53,192 bases of DNA from SAR324 cluster bacterium (GTDB taxonomy: Bacteria; SAR324; JACQKK01). The position numbers were made by a program, and so were the translations under genes. The notes beneath the pieces were generated by a model. That model made no database searches, was not told where the DNA came from, and was given only the letters and a program-made list of their open reading frames with translations. The stretch covers positions 1 to 53,192 of the forward strand of contig JACZSY010000001.1 of the NCBI GenBank assembly GCA_022573975.1, given 5' to 3'. Shown here in pieces: positions 44,224 to 52,536 of this stretch (positions are counted from its first letter, which is position 1; every line of letters begins with the position of its first letter).

Positions 44224-45054
44224 ATGACCGGCCGCTCCGACACAGACAAATTCGACGCCATCGAAAAGGCGATCGCCCGGGACCTCCGGCATCGCGGCAT
44301 CGGGGGACTGGTGCGGTGGGGCTCCCTGGAATCGGCGGCCCGCTCCCTCTCCGGGGCTGGCAAGGCCGTGGTGCTGAGCGGATTCTACCTGAACGAAACC
44401 CGCTCCGGCGAAACCGATGGGCCGCCCGGCGCCAAGGCCGTGGGGGAGGCGCTGGAAGCCATCGGCGTGGAAGTCGCCCATGTGACCGACGGGGTCTCCC
44501 TGGCCTTGTATTCGGCGATGGGGGTTCCGGTGCTTTTATTCGTCCCGGAGGCGCTGAATTCGCTGTCTCCCTCCCACCTGCTGGCCATCGAACGGGCGGG
44601 CCGCGCGGGCGATGGCCGGTACTATTCCATGTCCGGCAAGGACATCACCTCCCATACCGCCCCGCTGGACGACTGGTTCCTGGCCGCGCCCGGGCTGGGC
44701 ATCGCCACCATCGCGATCGGGGACGGCGGCAATGAAATCGGCATGGGGAACGTGCGGGAACAGGTCGCGCGGGATGTGCCCCATGGCGGAAAAATCGCCA
44801 GCACCGTTGGCGCGGACCACCTGATCGTGAGTGGCATCTCCAACTATGGCGCCTATGGGCTGGCCGCGGCCCTGTCGGTGATCGCGGGCAGGGACCTGCT
44901 CCCCACCGATGCGGCGGCGGGGCAAGCCGTGGAAGACTGCGTGGCGGCTGGAGCGTGTTGCGGCCACACCCACCAAAATGCGCCCCTGGTGGACGGGACG
45001 CCCCTGGAGACCGCCTTCGCCCTGCTGGCGGAATTGCGGCAATTGATCGCCTGA
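44224..45054 (+). CDS. DUF4392-domain protein (D-glutamate cyclase-like fold)
   Basis: Start at MTGRSDTDKF. GFYLNETRSGETDGPPGA and IAIGDGGNEIGMGNV are characteristic DUF4392 segments. Confidence 0.7.
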   Translation: MTGRSDTDKFDAIEKAIARDLRHRGIGGLVRWGSLESAARSLSGAGKAVVLSGFYLNETRSGETDGPPGAKAVGEALEAIGVEVAHVTDGVSLALYSAMGVPVLLFVPEALNSLSPSHLLAIERAGRAGDGRYYSMSGKDITSHTAPLDDWFLAAPGLGIATIAIGDGGNEIGMGNVREQVARDVPHGGKIASTVGADHLIVSGISNYGAYGLAAALSVIAGRDLLPTDAAAGQAVEDCVAAGACCGHTHQNAPLVDGTPLETAFALLAELRQLIA

Positions 45055-45115
45055 GGCTCCCGCCCCGCCCGGTTTTATTGGGGTTTTCCCTTTTGGGACG
45101 GATTATTTGGCGCCG

Positions 45116-48058
45116 TTACTTCGCGTTGTTGCGGAAAAGGAACATCGGCCCTTTGTCGCTGCCCACCACCAGGTCCAGATCCCCATCGCCGTCAATATCG
45201 CCCAGGGCGGGCCTTGAACCCGGCGGCAATTTCAACCCTTGCAGATAGGTCTTGTTCTCCTTCCAGCCCGAGGAGCGTTCCAGGCTGGTTTGGGTCGCGG
45301 CAAATACCAGGATGGCGCCCTTGTCCGAACCCAGCACAAGGTAGGGGATCTTGAAATTGGTCAGGTCGGAAAATCCGGGAGCCGCGTTGATTCCAACATC
45401 CAGGCCGATGAACTGCCGGGCCACCAGCGAGAACTCCAATTTCTCCGTTTTGGACTGGCGGTAATACCGCATCCTTCCGGTCAGATTGCCCACCAGCAGG
45501 TCCATCCGCCCGTCGCGGTTCAGGTCGAACAAGGCGGGCACCGCGTTTTCTCCGGCGCGAATGGTGGCCAGCAGTTTTTCGCGGCGAACGAACACCGGTT
45601 TTCCCTTGCCGCCGGTGTTTTCCCAGTACAATACTTCTCCCCGGCTGTTCCCCACCACCAGGTCCAGGTCTCCATCCCCGTCGAGATCGCCAAAAGCTGG
45701 GGCGGCGTTTGGGCCGCCCCGGTAGTTGGCGAAGCGCTCGGTGATTTTGGCCCAGGCCGTTTTCCCCTCCGAGAGGTGATTGATCAGCAAAACCAGCCTC
45801 CCGTCCCGAGTGCCCACCACCAGGTCGGGACGCCCATCCCCGTTGTAATCAAAAAAGGCCGGCTTGCTGCTTCTCCCCAGTTGCTGGGTTTCCAGCGGCG
45901 AGGGTTCATATCTGAACACGGGTTCCAGGGGCAGCGGCACGGGTTTGGGCGGTATGGGAGCGGGATCGCTGTCGTTCGAGGGCGTTTTTATTTCTGGCTC
46001 ATCGGTTTCGAGACCGGTCAGGGAAGGCGGCTTGGTGGTGGAAACGGTGTTTCCCCCCACGATGTTGGAGCTGCCGGGCTTTTCCGCGGCGGCCATGGTT
46101 TTGGCGTCCATGCTTCCCTCATACTGCCAATAGAGCAGCGCCCCCGATCCGGTGCCCACCAGCAGGTCCGGCCCCGGGTTCCCGCTCAAGTGGACGAACA
46201 GGGGCGCGCTGTATTCGGAGGCCTTCAAGTCCAGCCAGGGCGATTGGGGGAGGTAGGCTTTGGCGGCGTTTATTTTTTCCTCCGGGTTGCGCACCGCCGG
46301 GAGCAGGAATCCGTTCCGGGCGCCCACCACCAGATCGGCCCCGCTTTTCGGATCCCAGTGAAACAGGGCCGGGGAGGTGGTGGTGACCCCCTTGATGCCT
46401 CCGAAGTTGATATTGCGCAGGGTCATCCTGGGGGTTTTCTTCCCGCCCACGTTCTCGTAATGCACCACGTTGCCGATACTGTTTCCCACCAGCAAATCCA
46501 GGTCCCCATCCCCGTCCAGATCCGCGGCGAAGGGCACGCTGAGGGTGCCCACATCCACATTGGAGAAAAACAGGGAGCGGAATCTCCATTTGGCCTGTTT
46601 GGGCGAACCGGTATTCTCGATCCATTCCAGCCGCCCCTCCCTGCCCCCCACCAGCAGGTCCAGGTCGCCATCGCCATCCAGATCGGCCAGGGCCGGCGCG
46701 CTGAAAGTGCGCTGGGGAGTGGGGAGCAGCAGGCCGGGCACCCTGTCAAAAGCCAATTCCCCCTCCTTGCCAACATTCAGGTAGCGGATCAGCCGTCCCG
46801 AGCGGGTGCCCAGGATCAGGTCCGCCTTCCCATCCCCGTTCAGGTCTCCGGCGGCGACGCGGATGCGGGTTTGAAACCCGCCCAGCCGCCGCACCTGCAA
46901 GATGTTCTTGTCCGTCAACCATAAGGACAGCTTGCGGCCAGGACGCCACGTATAGAGGGCCACTTCCTCCTTGTCCCCGGCCAGCAACAGGTCCGCCCGG
47001 CCATCTCCATTGAGATCGGCGAAAAGCGGCGCGGCGAAACCGCCCGCATCGAAAATGCCGAAACGATTGCGGACAAGTTCCCAATTTCCCGAGCGGGCGT
47101 TGCCGATATTGCGGTAATAGGCCACCGTGCCGTCGCTTTTGCCCACCATCAGGTCCAAATCCCCGTCCCGGTCCCAGTCCACCCATTCGGGCACGGCATT
47201 GTCCGCCGGCTTCAACTGCCCCAGCCGGGTCAGCACAGACAGGCAGTGGAGCGATTTTTTCGGTTTCAGGCAGTAACGCGGCTCGGAACGGGTGCCCTGG
47301 TTGAGCGCGATGAAAAACTCACCGGCCTCGTTGCCCGCGCTCAGGTCGGGCAATCCGTCGCCGTTCAGGTCCGGAAACTTGACGGCCAGGTTGAGCCCCA
47401 ACGATCCACCCAGAAAATCCGGATTTTCCAAGCGGAAATTCGCCAGGAAGCGGTTTCCCTGGTTGACGTAATAGAAGACCTTTCCCGAGGCCGAGCCCAC
47501 CAGCAGGTCCAGGTCGCCGTCGCCGTCTATGTCCACCAGGGTGGGCGCCGCGTTGGCGCCCACGTCGATGGTGTGGAAGGTCTCCTCTCCGGCGCGGGTT
47601 TTCCTGTCCTGGCCGGAAATGGAATCGTTCAGCAAACGCCAATGGGGGGCCGTTTTCGATCCCTGGTTCTCGAAATACATCACGCGGCCGTCTCCCCGCC
47701 CGATGAACAGGTCCAGGTCCCCGTCCGCGTCCATATCCCCCAGCGCCGGCTTGGCGCGGTCGAAACGCGCTGCGAAAAGGAGGCTCTCCTTTCCGTCCAA
47801 CTTGCCGTAATACAGCCGCTTCCAGGTATGGACAACGTCTCGCGGCGGCGCCGCCAGGGCCGGAAGACCGGCCAATAGCAGCCCCAAAACAATCACCGGG
47901 ATCATCCACAGGGTCACTGCCGGTGTCATTCCCGCAAGCCGGTAAAACCTCCTCCAACGGGCCTTCGGGACACCCCGGGTTGAAAGCCGCATTTTCTGCG
48001 GCATCACGGTCGCGCGCGTCATGATGGATTGTCTCCTGCGAAATGGGCGGCGGCGCAT
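45116..48058 (-). CDS. FG-GAP/VCBS-repeat protein, 980 aa, N-terminal signal/anchor (paralog 2)
   Basis: Same architecture as 36031..39021: Arg-rich N-terminus, helix [38 protein letters not shown], FG-GAP blades ([52 protein letters not shown]), a Pro-rich linker, and 5 further blades. The start codon is uncertain among several N-terminal Met. Confidence 0.85.
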   Translation of the reverse strand: [980 protein letters not shown]

Positions 48059-48507
48059 GCCATCGCAAGGGCCCTTGAAAAAGCCCGTTCGACGATTTTA
48101 GCAAACCCCGCCGGCTTTCCCTACCCCATGCAATAAATTCACCGGGAATGCCGGGCCGGAGGTTCTCCGAAGCGTCTCACACATGATTCCGGTTGCAAAA
48201 CCGATTACAACACCGGCTGCAAAACAAGCAGCTCGCGTCCTTTGGCTGGCCGATTGTGATGGGATACCCAATCCGGGGGAGACGGTTGATGGAAATATCG
48301 GCCGTTTGGCTCAGGCGCCCTCCCGCGCTAGACGTGCCGGCCGGCAATCCACGGCCGCGGTGGAAGCGGAGGTCTCATGGTTCCCTCCAGGCCGGCCGCT
48401 GGCCTGGAAAATGTTCCCTTATTTGGAAATCCTGTCTAAAGTGAAATATCAATGTCCAATGGGAAAAAATTTCAGGACACCGTCCGCCGCTCCAATCAAG
48501 GTTTTCC

Positions 48508-49185
48508 ATGGAGGATATAACCGTAAAATCCGCCGCCGAACTGCTCAGGGTTTCGGAAAAAACCGTTTACCGTTGGATCCGGCAGGGCGTGGTTCCGGCA
48601 ATCAAGTTGCAGGGCCAATACCGCTTCAACCGGCGGGAACTGGAAGGATGGGCGCGCCATAAAAGAATCGGCGCGTTCGACGCCCCCGTTTCCCCGCGGG
48701 AGGAAGCGCAGGTCTTCCTGCACCACGCGGTGGAGTTGGGGGGCATCCATTACAAGATCGAGGGTGGCTGCCCAGCGGAAATTTATCCCCGCGTGGCCGG
48801 ACTGTTCCCCTTCAGCCCGCGTCTGGCGCCCACATTCGCCCAGACCCTCACGGAAACCCTGTTGGAACGCGAGGCCCTTGTCTCCACGGCCATCGGGCAT
48901 GGCATCGCGCTGCCGCACCCGCGCCACCCGAGGGACTGGGGCCTCGATGCGCCGGCGGCCGGGGTGTTCTTCCTGGAACGCCCGGTGGATTTCCATGCCA
49001 TCGACGGCGAGCCGGTGTTCGTGCTGTTCGCGATCCTTTGCGCGACGGTAAAAAGCCATCTCAAGCTGCTCTCTCAGGTATCCCATCTGGTGAACAAGCC
49101 GGAGGTGCGCGAAATGTTGCGCGGCCAACCCACCCGCACCCAATTGATGGAGGCCATCGGCAATGTTTTTCCGCAAGCGGACTAA
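48508..49185 (+). CDS. Excisionase/MerR-type HTH fused to a PTS EIIA-2 (PtsN-like) domain
   Basis: AAELLRVSEKTVYRWIRQGVVPAIKLQGQYRFNRRELEGW is the HTH_17-type motif. TAIGHGIALPHPR carries the EIIA-2 phosphorylatable His context. Confidence 0.8.
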   Translation: MEDITVKSAAELLRVSEKTVYRWIRQGVVPAIKLQGQYRFNRRELEGWARHKRIGAFDAPVSPREEAQVFLHHAVELGGIHYKIEGGCPAEIYPRVAGLFPFSPRLAPTFAQTLTETLLEREALVSTAIGHGIALPHPRHPRDWGLDAPAAGVFFLERPVDFHAIDGEPVFVLFAILCATVKSHLKLLSQVSHLVNKPEVREMLRGQPTRTQLMEAIGNVFPQAD

Positions 49186-50968
49186 GGGCGGGGCGCCGGA
49201 ACCGGAGGGGCGGGGATCGCCGCGGGGAAATATACCCCGGGATATTCCCCACGGCATGCACAAAGACATCCACCGCGCCATGCATCGCACACCGGCCCGC
49301 GAGGCGGCCCTGTTGATGGTGCTGGCGGCCGGGGTGGGGTTGGCCTCCGGAGTGTCCGCGGTGGGGCTGGCGGCGGCGGTGCACCACACCATCGCCTTCA
49401 TGCAGACGCTGAAGGGGTCCTGGTGGCTGATCGGGATTCCGGCCCTTGGCGCGGCCCTGTCCTCGCTCTTCCTGCACGGCTGGCTCAAGGACCGGGCCGG
49501 TCACGGCGTGCCCGAATTGATCCGCACGGCCACCTTCGCCGGCGGGGCGGTGCGCCCGGACCTGATCTATTCCCGGCTGGTGTCCAGCTTTCTCACCATC
49601 GGGAGCGGCGGTTCGGCGGGACTGGAAGGCCCCATCGCCACCAGCGGAGGGGCCATCGGCAGCCTGATCGGCCGGCTCTTCCGCCTCAACGAGCGCAGGC
49701 GCACGCTCCTGCTGGGTTATGGCGTGGCCGGCGCGGTGGCGGCGATCTTCAATGCGCCCCTGACCGGCACGGTCTTCGCGCTGGAGGTGATCCTGGGGGA
49801 GTGGAGCGCCCTGGCGGTGCTGCCCACGGTGGTGGCGGCGGTGTCGGCCACCCAGTTCAGCCGGATGGTGTTGGGCAACCAGATCGCCTTTCCCCACCAG
49901 GTGCTGGGGTTCTCCACCCTGGACCTGTTGGCCTGCATCGCCCTGGGCGTGGCGGCGGGCGTGATATCGGTGCTGTTCCAGCGGTCGCTGCGGCTGACCG
50001 AGCGGGGGTTCTCTTGGCTCAACTGGCCGGTTTGGCTCCGCGCGGCCCTGGGCGGCCTGCTGGTGGGCGTCTTGGGGTTCTGGATGCCCGAGGTGCTCCA
50101 TGACGGCTACCTGGCCATTATCGGGTTTCTGCAAGGGGACCAAGTCTTTTCTCTCGGGTGGGTGGGCCTGTTCCTGCTGGCCAAGTTCGCGGCGTCCTCC
50201 CTGACCCTGGGCAGCGGCGGTTCGGGGGGCGTTTTCGCGCCCTGCCTGGTGTTGGGCAGCGGGCTGGGATACGGCTTCGGGCAAATGCTGCGCGCGTTCC
50301 CCGGAAGCATGGGGCTGGCCTCCCCTTCGGATTACGCGCTGGTGGGCATGGCCGGGATGGTGGCCGGCGTGATGCACGCCCCCCTCACCGGCATGTTCCT
50401 GGTGCTGGAAATCACCGCCGGCTACGCCCTGATCCTGCCGTTGATGATCGTGTCGGTGCTGGCCATGCTGATCAGCTACTTTTTCGAGGAAGGCTCGGTC
50501 TATACCCGTGAACTGATCGACCGGGGCGAAATGGCCCGGCGCGGGTCCGACACCCACCTGCTGCGCGCCATGCAGCCCCGCGAAATGGTGGACGCCGAGG
50601 ACATCGTGCTCCACGAATCCATGCTGTTGGGCGAATTCGTGGAAATCTTCAAGCGCGCCCGGCGCAACATCTTTCCCGTGGTGGATCCCGGCACCCGGGC
50701 CTGGCGCGGCGTGGTCTACCTGGACGACCTGCGCCCCTACCTCTTCGACACCACCTTGTATTCCATCATGACCATGGGCAGCGTGCTGCACACCGACCTG
50801 CCCCTCATCGACGCCCGCGAAAGCGCCCTCTCCGCCATCCAGATGTTCGAGAGCAGCGGCGCCTGGTCCCTGCCGGTGGTCGAGGACGGCATCTTCCTGG
50901 GCATGATGTCCAAATCCACCCTCTTCGACCGCTACCGCCGCGAACTGATCGTCCATACCGCCGAGTAG
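49163..50968 (+). CDS. ClC-family chloride channel / H+-Cl- antiporter with C-terminal CBS pair
   Basis: GSGGSAGLEGP, GGVFAPCLVLGSGLG and PLTGMFLVLEIT are ClC selectivity and helix motifs. The C-terminal 140 aa or so are CBS-like. The start overlaps the preceding gene by 23 nt. Confidence 0.88.
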   Translation: MFFRKRTKGGAPEPEGRGSPRGNIPRDIPHGMHKDIHRAMHRTPAREAALLMVLAAGVGLASGVSAVGLAAAVHHTIAFMQTLKGSWWLIGIPALGAALSSLFLHGWLKDRAGHGVPELIRTATFAGGAVRPDLIYSRLVSSFLTIGSGGSAGLEGPIATSGGAIGSLIGRLFRLNERRRTLLLGYGVAGAVAAIFNAPLTGTVFALEVILGEWSALAVLPTVVAAVSATQFSRMVLGNQIAFPHQVLGFSTLDLLACIALGVAAGVISVLFQRSLRLTERGFSWLNWPVWLRAALGGLLVGVLGFWMPEVLHDGYLAIIGFLQGDQVFSLGWVGLFLLAKFAASSLTLGSGGSGGVFAPCLVLGSGLGYGFGQMLRAFPGSMGLASPSDYALVGMAGMVAGVMHAPLTGMFLVLEITAGYALILPLMIVSVLAMLISYFFEEGSVYTRELIDRGEMARRGSDTHLLRAMQPREMVDAEDIVLHESMLLGEFVEIFKRARRNIFPVVDPGTRAWRGVVYLDDLRPYLFDTTLYSIMTMGSVLHTDLPLIDARESALSAIQMFESSGAWSLPVVEDGIFLGMMSKSTLFDRYRRELIVHTAE

Positions 50969-51086
50969 CGGGGCGGGGAGGGCATGGGCTTGATCCCGCC
51001 CCCGCCGCAAGCTAAAATCCTGGCTGGCCAATCCCATCGTCCCTCAATTCGACCCGGGAGCATTTCCCTTGAACCCCAATTTCTCC

Positions 51087-52460
51087 ATGCCCGCCCGTGA
51101 GCTGGCCTCCCTGGTGGAGGACGCCCGCCGGCGCACCCGGCTCCTGGTGGACACCCTGGACGACGCGCAATGGCAGGTGCCCCGGCTGGACGTGGTCAAT
51201 CCGCCCTTGTGGGAGGTGGGTCACGTGGGCAATTTTTACGAGACCTTCATTTTGCGCCTGCTTGATCCGGGCCGTGCCCCGCTGATCGAAAACGGCAACG
51301 CGCTGTTCAACTCGTTCGTGATCGACCACGACGACCGCTGGAGCGCTCCCTTGCCGGACAGGGAGGGGGCCTGGGCCTACGTGGACCGGGTGGTGGACGC
51401 GGCCCTGGCGCGGCTGGGCAACGCCGCCGCCGATCCCTGGGAGACCTATTTGTACCTGCTGGCCGTCTACCACGAGGACATGCACGACGAGGCCTTCACC
51501 TACACCCGCCAGACCCTGGGCTATCCCGCGCCTCCCCTGGGCGGCGATGCGCCGTCCGGAACCATGACATCCGGCTTGGCCGGCGCCGGGCCGCTGGAAG
51601 GCGATGTGGAGATTCCAGGCGGCGAGTTCCTGCTGGGCGCGGCCGGGGATCAGCCCTTCGCCTTCGACAACGAGAAATGGGGCCATCCGGTCACCGTGGC
51701 CCCCTTCCGCATGGCCCGCGCCCCGGTGACCCAGGCCGAATTCGCCCGCTTCGTGGATCAAGGGGGCTATGGCGAACAACGATGCTGGGACTACGAGGGC
51801 TGGCGCTGGCGCACCCGCGCGAAAGCGGAACATCCGGTCTATTGGCGCAAGGAAGGCGACACCTGGCAGCGCCGGCATTACGACGCCTGGGCGCCCCTGG
51901 AGCCTCACCGGCCCGTGGTTCATGTGAACGGGTACGAGGCGGAGGCCTGGTGCCGCTGGGCTGGGCGGCGCCTCCCCAGCGAAGCGGAATGGGAACTGGC
52001 CGCCACCGCCGTTCCTACAACCCGCGTTCCTACAACCCGCGTTCCCACAACCCGCGCCCCCACAACCCGCGTCCCCGCCGCCAACGGGCAGGGGCTGCGA
52101 CAGGGCAAGCGCCGTTATCCCTGGGGAGAAGCGCCGCCCGATGCGTCCCTGGCCAACCTGGACGGCTTCCGGCTGGGATGCGCCGACGTGGCGGCCTATC
52201 CCGCTGGGGACAGCGCCCACGGCTGCCGCCAGATGATCGGCAACGTCTGGGAATGGACCGCCTCGGCGTTCTACCCCTTTCCGGGCTACCTGCTCGATCA
52301 TCCCTACAAGGAATATTCCGCGCCCTGGTTCGGCGACCGCAAAGTGCTCAAGGGCGGCGCCTGGGCCACCCGCGGGCGGATGATCCACAACATGTACCGC
52401 AACTTCTTCACACCGGACCGCCGGGACGTCTTCGCCGGGTTCCGCACCTGCGCGCTATGA
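51087..52460 (+). CDS. EgtB-family enzyme (DinB_2 plus FGE-sulfatase domains); candidate selenoneine synthase SenA given its neighbour
   Basis: NPPLWEVGHVGNFYE and LLAVYHEDMHDEAF give the DinB-like metal site. FGE-type C-domain: VTQAEFARFV, HVNGYEAEAWCRWAGRRLPSEAEWE, GNVWEWT, LKGGAW. ATG at 51087; the track start at 51069 is a TTG. Confidence 0.8.
   Translation: MPARELASLVEDARRRTRLLVDTLDDAQWQVPRLDVVNPPLWEVGHVGNFYETFILRLLDPGRAPLIENGNALFNSFVIDHDDRWSAPLPDREGAWAYVDRVVDAALARLGNAAADPWETYLYLLAVYHEDMHDEAFTYTRQTLGYPAPPLGGDAPSGTMTSGLAGAGPLEGDVEIPGGEFLLGAAGDQPFAFDNEKWGHPVTVAPFRMARAPVTQAEFARFVDQGGYGEQRCWDYEGWRWRTRAKAEHPVYWRKEGDTWQRRHYDAWAPLEPHRPVVHVNGYEAEAWCRWAGRRLPSEAEWELAATAVPTTRVPTTRVPTTRAPTTRVPAANGQGLRQGKRRYPWGEAPPDASLANLDGFRLGCADVAAYPAGDSAHGCRQMIGNVWEWTASAFYPFPGYLLDHPYKEYSAPWFGDRKVLKGGAWATRGRMIHNMYRNFFTPDRRDVFAGFRTCAL
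52011..52075. repeat. About 4 x 15-bp in-frame tandem repeat inside the EgtB-family gene (VPTTR)
   Basis: gttcctacaacccgc gttcctacaacccgc gttcccacaacccgc gcccccacaacccgc gtccc. Confidence 0.92.
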
Positions 52461-52536
52461 TTATTCACTCGATTTTCAGCGTGATTGTGCCCGTGATTTC
52501 CCGCGGGAATTTTCGCATTAATTTCCGCCCCCGCCC

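Noticed and set aside
48059-48507. Fluoride (crcB-motif) riboswitch upstream of the ClC operon
   Set aside because: I found no match to the conserved GATGG...AAC.GCC...CTGATGA..CCTAC pattern. The ClC has CBS domains, unlike the riboswitch-linked ClC-F type.
3914-52075. Tandem repeat arrays considered as CRISPR
   Set aside because: The units are 9-21 bp and directly abutting, with no spacers. Most lie in frame within genes, and there are no cas genes in the window.
8534-52388. Other long shadow ORFs: 8534..10180 (-), 10511..12058 (+), 12655..14994 (-), 14537..15616 (+, beyond the SDR remnant), 22166..23929 (-), 24079..25134 (-), 37108..38682 (-), 39265..40878 (-), 41405..42796 (-), 45239..46924 (+), 49061..51037 (-), 51012..52388 (-)
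   Set aside because: Each overlaps a gene with clear family motifs on the other strand or frame. All show the Arg/Gly/Pro/His-rich low-complexity composition expected from reading GC-rich coding DNA out of frame.
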